From Candidatus Bathyarchaeota archaeon (GTDB lineage: Archaea; Thermoproteota; Bathyarchaeia; TCS64), in assembly GCA_018396695.1 (NCBI GenBank), contig JAGTQU010000005.1:421-64420 (forward strand): DNA of 64,000 bases, in the 5' to 3' direction. Positions 29,174 to 38,959 of this stretch are shown here, piece by piece (position 1 is the first letter of the stretch; each line of letters opens with the position of its first letter). Made by a program: the position numbers and the translations under genes. The notes below the pieces were generated by a model. The model saw only the letters and a program-made list of their open reading frames with translations, ran no database searches and was not told the DNA's origin.

Positions 29174-29830
29174 TTGGAAAAAGAAAATAAATGCATTGTT
29201 GTTCTTAGTGGCGGACTCGATTCAACAACGGTTGCATATTGGGCAAAAAACCAAGGATATAGCCTTTACCTACTAACTTTCAAATACGGTCAAATTGCAA
29301 CGAAGGAAGTCAAATATGCATTAAAGATAGCGAATAAGCTTAAAGCGCCTATAAGGCTGATTGATCTCTCCTCATTGAAAAAAATCTTTACTGGAGTCTC
29401 GTCGCTTTGCGATGCAGATATTCCTATGACATCAAAATTCAGCCAGCCAATAATAGTCCCATTTAGAAACGCCATTCTTCTTTCAATAGCCGTTGCTTAT
29501 GCGGTATCGATTAATGCCGCAAGAATTTTCTACGGTGCTCAAGGATCGGATGAGCCATTCTATCCGGATTGCAGAAGAGAATTCTATAAATCCTTTGAGG
29601 CGACCGCTAGGCTTGGGACAGACTTAGTTATAACAATCGAAGCACCATTTAGCAACATGCCCAAGTCAGAGATAATTAAACTAGGATCTAGCTTTGGTGT
29701 TCCATTCGACCTTACATGGTCTTGTTATTTGAATGGGCCTAAACACTGTGGAAAATGTGAGTCGTGTGTGAATCGCAAGAATGCTTTCGCTGAAGCTGGA
29801 ATTCTTGATCCTACCGAATACAATGAATGA
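29174..29830 (+). CDS. queC: 7-cyano-7-deazaguanine synthase
   Basis: VVLSGGLDSTT PP-loop and C-terminal CGKCESCVNR zinc motif; start placed at TTG 29174 just after the queT stop. Confidence 0.85.
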   Translation: MEKENKCIVVLSGGLDSTTVAYWAKNQGYSLYLLTFKYGQIATKEVKYALKIANKLKAPIRLIDLSSLKKIFTGVSSLCDADIPMTSKFSQPIIVPFRNAILLSIAVAYAVSINAARIFYGAQGSDEPFYPDCRREFYKSFEATARLGTDLVITIEAPFSNMPKSEIIKLGSSFGVPFDLTWSCYLNGPKHCGKCESCVNRKNAFAEAGILDPTEYNE

Positions 29831-30263
29831 CTTGACTACTATATTATCTTTGACAATGACATTTTCACGTGAAGAAATACAATCTTTTGCCGATCTTTCA
29901 ATAAAAGTTTCGTTGAAGCCTTGCTTCAAATTTTCTTTTGCTTTTCTGCCTCTTTCCTTCTAATAAGCACGCCCCATTTTCATAAGGGTCTAAACCCGTT
30001 GTCTTCATACCGAAAATTAATGGTGTAATTAATTATTCGAAGAGGTTTACGTTTAAGGTTTTTAGCGTACACACTTTTTAGGCGTTTAATTTTAGAACAT
30101 TAACCGCTCATCCTTGTTTTCATGGATCTCATTCTCCAAGCTTATAAAGAAGTGCAAGGGACATCCAACTCCCCCCAAAAAAGCGAACCAAAACACCCCC
30201 AAACCCCGCAAAAAACACCAAAAACACAAAAAAGAAAACAAAAAACACACAATACCTACAATA

Positions 30264-31514
30264 TTATTTAGCACATTTCGAGATCATAGAGATAAGTTTC
30301 TTCGCGATTTCCTTTTTATCTGTTAGAGGTAAGTGAGTAACGTTCTTTTCCGCATCTATTATATAAACTTCATTGGTATCTGTACCGAATCCGACACCTT
30401 TCTTTGAGACGTCGTTGGCTATGATGAAATCCATTCCCGTCTCCTTCAACCGTGAATACGATCTTTCAATTAACGTCTCTTTCGGAACGTTGTACTCCGC
30501 CTTGAACCCTACTAAAATAATCTCAGGATCAACTTTTTTTATCTGTTCTACAATCTTCGGAAGCGTTTTAAGCTTTAGAATCCAGGTTCCTTGGCTTGAA
30601 GGTGTTTTCACCATGTCTCTTTTAATTGGACCGAAATCAGAGGCGGCGGCTGTTAGAATCGCCACATCATGTTTCTTCTCTTTCAAAACTTTTATTGTGG
30701 ACTCTAGCATCTCTTCAGTAGACTCAACATTGATTACTCTAACTCCTGCTGGAGGTTTAGCTGATCCAGGGCCATAGATTAGAGTAACTTCCGCGCCTTG
30801 TTTAAGAGCTTCCTCAGCAACAGCTACTCCCATTTTCCCAGAACTTGGATTCGATACGAATCTGAAAGCGTCGATATACTCTCTTGTGGGTCCTGCAGTC
30901 ACTAGAACTCGCATCCCTTCGAGGCTTCTTTCCAAGGTTAGTCTATCTACAACAGCTTTAACTATCTCATTAGTATCTGGTATCTTAGCCTTACCTTCTT
31001 CGACTCTCGGCATGAGAACTTTTATCCCAATCTTCTCCAGCTTGTTTATGTTCTCAATCACTATCGGGTGATTATACATGGAGGCATGCATAGCTGGAGC
31101 AATGATCACAGGTATACCCGCTCCAATCCCGGTCGTTAGAGTAGTTGTCACAGGGGTATCGTCGATCCCAGAAGCAACTTTGCCGATAGTGTTTGCAGTA
31201 CACGGAGCCACTAGGATCAAATCAGCTCTTCCCTCATGCTCACCTGCATATGTAACGTGCTCTATTTGCCCTGTGAGTTTAGTCACTACAGGATTACCCG
31301 TAGCCCATTCTAGCATGTAAGGGTGGATTATCTCCTGCGCCATAGGAGTCATGACCGCGAAAACCTCTGATCCAAGCCTCATAAGCTCCCGTGCTATCTC
31401 TGGGCTCTTAACCGCTGCTACGCTTCCAGTCACACAAAGTATAATCCTTCTCCCCCTTAAGACACTGCTTTTGGAGCCGATTATCAGCTTAGATGTATGT
31501 TCTCCGAAGGACAC
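30264..31514 (-). CDS. coaBC: bifunctional phosphopantothenoylcysteine decarboxylase / phosphopantothenate-cysteine ligase
   Basis: N-terminal flavoprotein domain (ILCVTGSVAAVK) and C-terminal CoaB domain; 416 aa; GTG start. Confidence 0.85.
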   Translation of the reverse strand: MSFGEHTSKLIIGSKSSVLRGRRIILCVTGSVAAVKSPEIARELMRLGSEVFAVMTPMAQEIIHPYMLEWATGNPVVTKLTGQIEHVTYAGEHEGRADLILVAPCTANTIGKVASGIDDTPVTTTLTTGIGAGIPVIIAPAMHASMYNHPIVIENINKLEKIGIKVLMPRVEEGKAKIPDTNEIVKAVVDRLTLERSLEGMRVLVTAGPTREYIDAFRFVSNPSSGKMGVAVAEEALKQGAEVTLIYGPGSAKPPAGVRVINVESTEEMLESTIKVLKEKKHDVAILTAAASDFGPIKRDMVKTPSSQGTWILKLKTLPKIVEQIKKVDPEIILVGFKAEYNVPKETLIERSYSRLKETGMDFIIANDVSKKGVGFGTDTNEVYIIDAEKNVTHLPLTDKKEIAKKLISMISKCAK

Positions 31515-31734
31515 TTTTCCCTCATCTTTCCTTTTCAGATTTGAGTCTTTAAAGTTCTTCCATCTTCTCTTCTATTTCGTTGAGGCGATCTTCAATCTCC
31601 TCTAATCTTTCCTCTATCCTTTCAATCTTGTCTAGAAGAACCTTAAGCTCCTCTTCTATGTCCCGAATTTTATTTTCCAAGCTCAAGGTCTTTCCTCTTT
31701 TTTCTTTTCGATTTTCAAACCTTTATAAAGTTAC

Positions 31735-32784
31735 CTAATTTATTAACTTAATTATTTGTTCGAAATAACCTTCACCTTGGCTTAATGTTATCTGATTAAA
31801 GCATCTATTTTTCATCTCTACCTTTTCGAGCCTTCCAATAACTTGAGCTATCTCTCCAGTTTCTAGTTGCAACCTAAACTCTTCCATGTATGAGACTACT
31901 CTTTCAACCCCCTGTGCAACATTAGGATCTGTTCTAAGGGCCTCTACTGAGTAAACGGAAGGCATGAAACCTGAGTCTTCATCCGATATTATCTTCACCG
32001 TAGCTTCGATTCTCCCAATTTTTTCTATTTTAAGAGTCTCTTCATATTCGTTTCTGATTTCATCCCATCTCCTCACTGGCTCAAACTCGATTTTAACTCT
32101 CCTCCCAAGCCTTTTGCTCATTCGAGTTGCATATATGAGCTTCCTCTTCTGGTGCCATCCATATTCCTTCTTTGAGTAATTCGAGAAATTCCAATGTAAC
32201 GGGGGCATCTCTACAGTCCAATCATCGAATTCGTTAGATAGCAAGTTTTCACTGTATAAGCTTTTTAAAGCTTCGCGAAGCTCTTTCAGCTCTCTTTTAC
32301 CATAAACGATGAGATCAATATCGCTAAACTTAGGGCTATGAAAGCCATGAAATATTGACCCGAATACTCCAAAATCTCCTAAATCAAGGCTTGAAATCTC
32401 CAAAACAAGTTCTAGAACCTGGTTCAATTCTTCGATTAACGGGTCTTCTTTCGATATCAAGATCTCCTTTAACCTCTCATCTGGGCGGACTACCTGGATA
32501 ATTTGGTCTTCTCTGAGACCTACAAGCATTTCGCGTAGATGTTTGTGAAAAACCTGATATTCAGGAAAATGGTTATGGACGAATTTGAGTCCTTCATCAA
32601 AATAGAATTTGAAGAATCTTCTATTTCCCAGGGTTCTAACAGATTTTTGGATCCCGGAGGTGTAGACTTCTTCAGGTGCGTACTCCAAGTCACAGAAACA
32701 AGAATCTTCTGGATGATCATAACCGTATACTCTGAAAATTAATCCCTCTTGAGAGATTGGAGAATCTCTATCCCTAAGCCTCAT
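31735..32784 (-). CDS. predicted nucleotidyltransferase (Pol-beta superfamily)
   Basis: GDFGVFGSIFHGFHSPKFSDIDLIVYG (GS-x-DxD NTase motif), 349 aa. Confidence 0.5.
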   Translation of the reverse strand: MRLRDRDSPISQEGLIFRVYGYDHPEDSCFCDLEYAPEEVYTSGIQKSVRTLGNRRFFKFYFDEGLKFVHNHFPEYQVFHKHLREMLVGLREDQIIQVVRPDERLKEILISKEDPLIEELNQVLELVLEISSLDLGDFGVFGSIFHGFHSPKFSDIDLIVYGKRELKELREALKSLYSENLLSNEFDDWTVEMPPLHWNFSNYSKKEYGWHQKRKLIYATRMSKRLGRRVKIEFEPVRRWDEIRNEYEETLKIEKIGRIEATVKIISDEDSGFMPSVYSVEALRTDPNVAQGVERVVSYMEEFRLQLETGEIAQVIGRLEKVEMKNRCFNQITLSQGEGYFEQIIKLIN

Positions 32785-32842
32785 AAAGTGCCTCTATTCC
32801 TCTGAGTTATTTAAATAAATAGAGCTTTTAAAAATGGTTTCT

Positions 32843-33358
32843 CTAAATCTGTTTCTCACCTAATTTGAACTCTCGAGCCTTTTTTAATGATTCTCTATAC
32901 CACTCCGAATCTTCAATTATCCAGTCTTTAACGTTGAAATGGATAGGCCTCCCTTTATCGTCTAGGATTATAACCTCTTCGATCTCGCTATTTATTATCT
33001 TCCTTTTGCACCTCTTACATGGAATAGCATAAGTATATTTATTGTTTTCATCCAGTCCAGCGATGTATAGCTTAGAGCCTATCCTATCCGCTCTATTCGA
33101 ATTTATAATTGCGTTTTCTTCGGCGTGTACAGCAGGGCATAAGTCGTAAGATTCTGAGTGAGGAAGGTTCAAATCGTTTTTAATGCATCCTTCTTCAATA
33201 CAGTTAACGACTCCTTTCGCAGTCCCGTTGTATCCAGTCCCCACTATAGTATTATCTTTTACAATGACCGCGCCAAACCTTCTTCTAAGACAAGTGGATC
33301 TCGCAGCAACGGCTAGGGCGATGTTAAGGAAATACATCGTTTTGTCAGGTCTATACAA
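32843..33358 (-). CDS. dCMP/CMP deaminase
   Basis: HAEENAI and PCKRCKRKI zinc-binding motifs. Confidence 0.8.
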   Translation of the reverse strand: MYRPDKTMYFLNIALAVAARSTCLRRRFGAVIVKDNTIVGTGYNGTAKGVVNCIEEGCIKNDLNLPHSESYDLCPAVHAEENAIINSNRADRIGSKLYIAGLDENNKYTYAIPCKRCKRKIINSEIEEVIILDDKGRPIHFNVKDWIIEDSEWYRESLKKAREFKLGEKQI

Positions 33359-33412
33359 ATAATCAACCTCCTTTGAAAAAAGGACAAGCAGTTTAAAAAG
33401 AATATTAGATTC

Positions 33413-34405
33413 TCAGCGAATATTTATAGACACTTTTTCTTTCAGTTTACGTTCAGCTTCGTTTATAGGGTGAGCGAAGGCTTTATCAAGAAGCTTCTTG
33501 AAGACTGGGAAGCCCGAATACTGTTCTAACTGCCACTCTCGGGCAAATGTGCCCTCCTGTATTTCCCTGACTATCTGACGAATGAACTCTTTCTCAGAAT
33601 CAGGCATGACTCTTTCAGCATATATGAGCTGACCATACTGGCTTGTTCTACTATGGAAAGGAAGTTGAGCTACGATTCCATCGGTAGCCATCGCTTTAGC
33701 AACTTCGCTGAGTTCGCCGCTAGCATATAGCTCAAGGAGAACGGCCTCAGGTGTATAACCCATCTCGCATAATACTTCGAAACTTAGAATCAAAGCGCGA
33801 CTAATTACAGGTGCAATAAAATGCTCAGAAAAATGATCAAGCTCAGTCTCTTCGGCGAAGGATATCTCCATAGCCCCTACGCGTGCTGCACCTATCGCCT
33901 TAGCTAGCGCTAGAGTCTTCTCTTTAGCTTTTCCAGACGCGTTATTCTGCACACTGAGGAATACTGGCGCCCCTGAGCCCCTTGTGAATAGTTCTCTAAC
34001 GAACTTTCCAACCATCCTAGGAGCAAGAAGGATAACATCCACAAAGCTTGGTGGCTGGATGAAACCGTAGTGAATATTGTATCCATGAGCGAATACTATT
34101 GCTTTTCCTGGCTTGAGATGGTGGCTTATCTCTGTTTCAAAGACCTTCTTCTGGACCTCGTCGGGCAGTAGTATGAATAGTATCGTCCCTTTTTCTGCAG
34201 CCTCAGAAATAGGATAAGCTTCAAAACCATCCTCTAAAGCTCGGTTAAAACTCTCATCTTTGATATTCCCGACTATGACTTTTAAGCCGCTGTCGCGCAT
34301 ATTCAATGCTTGAGCTCGCCCTTGATTTCCATAGCCGATGACAGCTATAGTCTCTTTCTCGAGAATTGAAAGATCAGCATCTTTGTCATGATATACGTTT
34401 ACCAT
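33413..34405 (-). CDS. ilvC: ketol-acid reductoisomerase
   Basis: IAVIGYGNQGRAQALNMRDSG Rossmann motif, class I KARI length. Confidence 0.88.
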   Translation of the reverse strand: MVNVYHDKDADLSILEKETIAVIGYGNQGRAQALNMRDSGLKVIVGNIKDESFNRALEDGFEAYPISEAAEKGTILFILLPDEVQKKVFETEISHHLKPGKAIVFAHGYNIHYGFIQPPSFVDVILLAPRMVGKFVRELFTRGSGAPVFLSVQNNASGKAKEKTLALAKAIGAARVGAMEISFAEETELDHFSEHFIAPVISRALILSFEVLCEMGYTPEAVLLELYASGELSEVAKAMATDGIVAQLPFHSRTSQYGQLIYAERVMPDSEKEFIRQIVREIQEGTFAREWQLEQYSGFPVFKKLLDKAFAHPINEAERKLKEKVSINIR

Positions 34406-34480
34406 TTCTATACCTTCTTACTTTCTTATTTTCTTTCATTAATAAAAACTTAGTACTCGAAATGGAGAAGTATATTCTTC

Positions 34481-35044
34481 TTATTTCAGATTAAATGGCC
34501 TTCCATTCTCTATCACATTGACGGGTATAAGCTTCCGCCACCTACTCAACCAAGCAATATCTTTATCCTTCTCGCGTAAGTCGTCAGGTAGTAATTCAGG
34601 GATAGTCTCCACCGAACTTCCAATAGGATACCATCTTTCGCATTTCGAACACACAAGTAACCCCGATTCAACCTCGACCAAGTTGAAGAAACAATGAAGC
34701 ACATCAAGTTCGCTTTGAAAACTCTTTAAAAGTAAATCCTCCGATTTGTCTTGAGCGGCTTCAATCTTATCGAGTGATTTGACGGCTTCGGAAAAGAGCA
34801 GCTTCGAATATTTCGAAGCTGACCGATCTTCCAAAACTCTAATTGACTGTGGGCTTATGGTGCCATCGATCAATTGCTTTACAAGATTTTGATAGTTTTT
34901 CTTGAATCGTTCTTTAAATAATCCGATCTCTGAGACTAGCTTCTGCATTTCTTCTTCAGAGGTCTCCCAAGTGAAAAAATATGCGTTTAAAGGATGATGC
35001 TTATCGATAGGACAAGCAAGAATATTTAGAAGCCAGGGTTTCAT
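34481..35044 (-). CDS. Trm112-like protein with large central insertion
   Basis: N-terminal LLNILACPIDK and C-terminal LLVCSKCERWYPIGSSVETIPELL Trm112 half-motifs separated by about 110 aa of helical sequence. Confidence 0.5.
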   Translation of the reverse strand: MKPWLLNILACPIDKHHPLNAYFFTWETSEEEMQKLVSEIGLFKERFKKNYQNLVKQLIDGTISPQSIRVLEDRSASKYSKLLFSEAVKSLDKIEAAQDKSEDLLLKSFQSELDVLHCFFNLVEVESGLLVCSKCERWYPIGSSVETIPELLPDDLREKDKDIAWLSRWRKLIPVNVIENGRPFNLK

Positions 35045-35164
35045 ATTTTATCTGTATAAACTTATCCCAACTTTAGTTAAAAAGACTTTTTTTCCGTAGT
35101 GGATGATTTATTTAGTACAGAAATCGTTTTCCTTTTCCATTCACAATATTAAACTTGGAAACCT

Positions 35165-37492
35165 TTGAAAGTCAGTTTTTGGTTGCTAGATATAGGATAC
35201 GAAGTCGTAGAGGATAGTCCCGAGATAAGACTTTGGGGGTTTGACGGTGATGGGAATCGCATCTTAGTCATCGACCGTAGTCTTACTCCATATTTCTACT
35301 TCGCGCCTAAAGAAGGTAGCGTAGAATCCCTCTACGATCAAATCACTAAGTTAAAAGGAGAACTACCTTACATTATCAGGCATCATATAGTTGAGAAAAA
35401 AATTTTTGGAAAGCCTATAAAAGCCATAAAAGTTGACTGTAAAAACCCTGATAACCTATCTAAATATGCAAACCATCTTAAAAAAACTCTAAACGCTGGA
35501 TCTAGTTTTGAAGATGATGTCAGATTCTCTATGCGTTATCTCGTAGATAAAGAGGTAAACCCCTGCTCATGGATGGAGTTCGAGGTTGAAGAAATCAAGA
35601 ATGAGAATTTTAGAATAGATCAGATCTATCTAGCCAAATCTAATCCTAAGAAATTAGATGGACTTGCCCCTCCAAAATTTAGGGTATTGAGTTTTGATAT
35701 AATAGTCTATGGAGTGAAGGGCGCTGCAAAGGCAGCTCAAGATCCCATCATAATCATATCGGCGATGGATAATAAAGGTGTAAAGACTCAATTCATCTCT
35801 GAAAATAAAGATGATGAGACGATCATTGAAAAATTTAGAAATTTCGTTAACGAAGTCGATCCAGACATAGTAGTAAGCTATGAGGCAAACCAAGTGCATC
35901 TTCCTTATCTAATTTCGAGAGCTGAAAGCCATGGCATTGATTTTTCAATAAATAGGGATGGTGGTGTACCTCATAGAAGCGTATATGGCCACGTCTCTGT
36001 AACAGGTAGAGCCAATTTAGACCTCTATGATTTCTCTGATGAGTTCCCTCAAGTAAAAGTCAAGAGTCTTGAGAACATTGCACACTTCTTAGGATTATTA
36101 AAAACAGGTGAATCAGTTGTTATTGATGATTTTGATATCCCAAGTTTTTGGGATGCTGAAGAAAATCGCCAACGTCTTTTAAGATTCTCAGAGACTCGAG
36201 CTCAACTGGTACTCCAAATTTCTCAGGCTATTCTAGATAATGCAATCCAACTCTCAACGCTAGTTGGTTTACCCCTCGACCATATAGGGACGGCTGCAAC
36301 AGGTTTTAAAGTGGAATGGTATCTGATGCGACATGCCCACAGGATCGGAGAATTATTCCCTAACCGGTTAGAGCATCCTTACTATACCTATGAAGGGGGT
36401 CTTGTGCTTCCTCCTAAGCCAGGAATCCATAACAACGTTATGGTTCTTGACTTCAAATCAATGTATCCTAATATCATGATATCTAAAAACATCTCCCCAG
36501 ACACCTTGATTCAACCTGGCGAGCCTGAACCTCCAGAAGGCGTTTGGGAGGCGCCGAAGGTAGGATATCGTTTTAGAAGAGCCCCTTCAGGATTCTACAA
36601 AGAAGTTCTCACTGATTTAATTAAGCGTAGAAGCGAAATAAGCATAAAAATGAGAGAGCTTGATGAGGGTAGCTTTGAGTATCGAATACTCGACGCTCAA
36701 CAGCGGGCGATAAAGTTGTTAACAAACGCTACTTATGGCTATGCTGGATGGTTGGGTGCTCGCTGGTACTCAAAAGCGGTAGCCGAAACTACATCAGCTT
36801 GGGGGAGAGAAACGATACAGAATACTATCAAGCTTGCTAAAGTGATAGGTCTTGAAGTCATCTATAGTGATACTGATAGCATCTTTGTAGTTTACGATCA
36901 AGCTAAAGTAGAAGAATTATTGGAAAGAGTGAAAAAGGCGTTAGGCCTCGAAATCAAACCTGAGACAATTTATCGCAGCATTCTTTTCACCGAGGCTAAG
37001 AAGAGATACTGCGGGTTACTGCCCGATGGTCGATTAGATATCGTCGGATTGGAGGTGATTCGAGGAGATTGGGCTGAGGTCTCTAAGAAAGTGCAAGAAG
37101 ACGTTCTAGGCATCGTTTTGAGGGAGAGAGACATCAAAAAGGCAATTGAGGTCGTTAAGAAGTATATATCAGAGCTACGGGATAGGAAGACGCCCTTCAA
37201 GGATTTAATTATATGGAAAACCCTGACTAAACCAATAGAAAAATATAAGGTGAAGACTGCTCATGTAGAGGCGGCTTTGATGCTAAAAAAGGCGGGGCGA
37301 TCTCTATCCTTAGGGGACAAGATTGGCTATATAATAACGCTAAATGGAAGCAAACTGTATGAAAAGGCGAAGCCATACAATTTTGCGAGCTGGGATGAGA
37401 TAGACTTGGATTATTACGTTGAAAACCAAATCAAACCTGCAGCTTTAAGGATACTTGAACAATTCAACATAACCAGCGAAGAGTTGAATTGA
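35165..37492 (+). CDS. polB: family B DNA polymerase (polymerase motifs intact, exonuclease motifs degenerate)
   Basis: Motif A DFKSMYPNIM, motif B KLLTNATYGYAGW, motif C YSDTDS. Exo I reads FDII (not FDIE), exo II NQVHLPYL (no FD), exo III FSETRA (not Y...D). Confidence 0.85.
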   Translation: MKVSFWLLDIGYEVVEDSPEIRLWGFDGDGNRILVIDRSLTPYFYFAPKEGSVESLYDQITKLKGELPYIIRHHIVEKKIFGKPIKAIKVDCKNPDNLSKYANHLKKTLNAGSSFEDDVRFSMRYLVDKEVNPCSWMEFEVEEIKNENFRIDQIYLAKSNPKKLDGLAPPKFRVLSFDIIVYGVKGAAKAAQDPIIIISAMDNKGVKTQFISENKDDETIIEKFRNFVNEVDPDIVVSYEANQVHLPYLISRAESHGIDFSINRDGGVPHRSVYGHVSVTGRANLDLYDFSDEFPQVKVKSLENIAHFLGLLKTGESVVIDDFDIPSFWDAEENRQRLLRFSETRAQLVLQISQAILDNAIQLSTLVGLPLDHIGTAATGFKVEWYLMRHAHRIGELFPNRLEHPYYTYEGGLVLPPKPGIHNNVMVLDFKSMYPNIMISKNISPDTLIQPGEPEPPEGVWEAPKVGYRFRRAPSGFYKEVLTDLIKRRSEISIKMRELDEGSFEYRILDAQQRAIKLLTNATYGYAGWLGARWYSKAVAETTSAWGRETIQNTIKLAKVIGLEVIYSDTDSIFVVYDQAKVEELLERVKKALGLEIKPETIYRSILFTEAKKRYCGLLPDGRLDIVGLEVIRGDWAEVSKKVQEDVLGIVLRERDIKKAIEVVKKYISELRDRKTPFKDLIIWKTLTKPIEKYKVKTAHVEAALMLKKAGRSLSLGDKIGYIITLNGSKLYEKAKPYNFASWDEIDLDYYVENQIKPAALRILEQFNITSEELN

Positions 37493-37514
37493 TGTCAAAA
37501 ATAGGAAAATTTTG

Positions 37515-37772
37515 TTATGGGACAGCCGTCTCTGCTTCTCCAATCTTCTCAGAGTATTCTGCCTCTAAGTTAGCTACGGAGTATATCATTATGTAAAAGT
37601 TTGAGAGGAGGATGATCGACAAAAATGGCTCTTCTCTCGCTAGACTATAGAATGCATAGATCATGTTAAGTATCGCTCCAATGTACATTGCTAAGCCGTA
37701 CTTAGTCCAGCCCATACCTCTACACCCTAACTTAAGATCAAATCGTTTAGAAAGATATAAAACTATTTTCAA
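37515..37772 (-). CDS. small membrane protein (hypothetical)
   Basis: 85 aa, two TM helices. Confidence 0.3.
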   Translation of the reverse strand: MKIVLYLSKRFDLKLGCRGMGWTKYGLAMYIGAILNMIYAFYSLAREEPFLSIILLSNFYIMIYSVANLEAEYSEKIGEAETAVP

Positions 37773-37830
37773 ATCTAAAGAAAAGTATTCATTGGAAATT
37801 AGTTTTTCAAGGATTAAGCATATAGATGAT

Positions 37831-38829
37831 TCAACGAAACATTTTTCGGAAGACTCTTAGATGATTCTCCCCTAGGATCTTTCTAATATCCTCTTCACAG
37901 TACCCTCTATCAACAAGCTCTCTCGTAATGTTAGGTATCTTGGAAACATCTTCAAGCCCAGCTGGGGTTGACGAGATCCCATCGAAATCGGATCCTAACC
38001 CGACATAATCTACCCCTGCGACCTTTACTATGTGTTCGATATGGTCTACAAGACGTTTAACATCTGCCTTTTCTACTGAGATGAAATTGGGTGCGAAATT
38101 AACTCCTATTACTCCCTCATGGTCTGCGATAGCTTTGATCATGTCATCAGTCAAATTTCTAGGATGGTCGCATAAAGCTCGGCAATTCGAATGCGAAGCT
38201 ATGAAAGGGGTCTTTTTAACATCTGCAACATCCCAAAAACAGCTATCGCTTAAATGGGATACGTCGTAAACTATTCCTAGCTTATCCATCTCTTCAATGG
38301 CTTCGACGCCCAGTTCCGTGAGCTTGCTTTGAGATCTCTTGGCTGAAATACCATCCGCGAAAGATGTTCGCCAATTCCATGTTAAGCTAACCATCCTAAC
38401 ACCGAGTTTATAGAAGATCCTCAGAAGCTTAGGGTCAGACATTAATGGTTCAGCTCCTTCAAGAGATAAAAGAGCTCCGACTTTTCCCCTTTTGTTCGCG
38501 TCTAAAATCTCCTCATAGTTATGAACCAAGACTATATCCGGAGTTTTTTGCAGCTCTCTGTCGAAAGCTTCTATCATTTGGAGCGATTTCAGAAGAGCGT
38601 CATGCTGATTCTCCTGTCTTGCAGTATAAATCGCAAAGCATTGGCAGTCGACTCCACCTTCAATTAAACGTGGGAGATCAATATGACCTGTCTCAGAACG
38701 CTCATTCAGCTTCCTCGTCTTGGGTCCACGTTCTTGTGTAGGTAAAAGATGCATGATCGTATCGCAGTGTGTATCCACCACCAAGGACTCTCTATGTAAT
38801 CTCGAAACATGCTCTTCATTCACTCTCAT
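37831..38829 (-). CDS. membrane dipeptidase (peptidase M19 family)
   Basis: VVDTHCDTIMH zinc-binding motif and M19 family pattern. Confidence 0.8.
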   Translation of the reverse strand: MRVNEEHVSRLHRESLVVDTHCDTIMHLLPTQERGPKTRKLNERSETGHIDLPRLIEGGVDCQCFAIYTARQENQHDALLKSLQMIEAFDRELQKTPDIVLVHNYEEILDANKRGKVGALLSLEGAEPLMSDPKLLRIFYKLGVRMVSLTWNWRTSFADGISAKRSQSKLTELGVEAIEEMDKLGIVYDVSHLSDSCFWDVADVKKTPFIASHSNCRALCDHPRNLTDDMIKAIADHEGVIGVNFAPNFISVEKADVKRLVDHIEHIVKVAGVDYVGLGSDFDGISSTPAGLEDVSKIPNITRELVDRGYCEEDIRKILGENHLRVFRKMFR

Positions 38830-38959
38830 ATTTAGTCACTCAATAATAAATGTGAGCAATAGCAGAAAAAACTTGGCATTAATCTCAAAGAAATCAGAAA
38901 TATAGATGAGGAAAAATGGCGTTAAGTCTCTTCCAGGAGTCCAATAACTCCTTTATCTT

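Noticed and set aside
30092-30326. Two overlapping ORFs (30092-30274 minus, 30114-30326 plus) encoding K/P/H-rich peptides
   Set aside because: Both are read-throughs of the C/A low-complexity tract. It is reported as a sequence feature, not as genes.
31735-32784. Possibility that the Pol-beta-type nucleotidyltransferase is a CBASS/CD-NTase-like defence enzyme
   Set aside because: No adjacent effector or ancillary genes. The protein looks like a conserved archaeal predicted NTase, and the neighbourhood is housekeeping (dCMP deaminase, ilvC).
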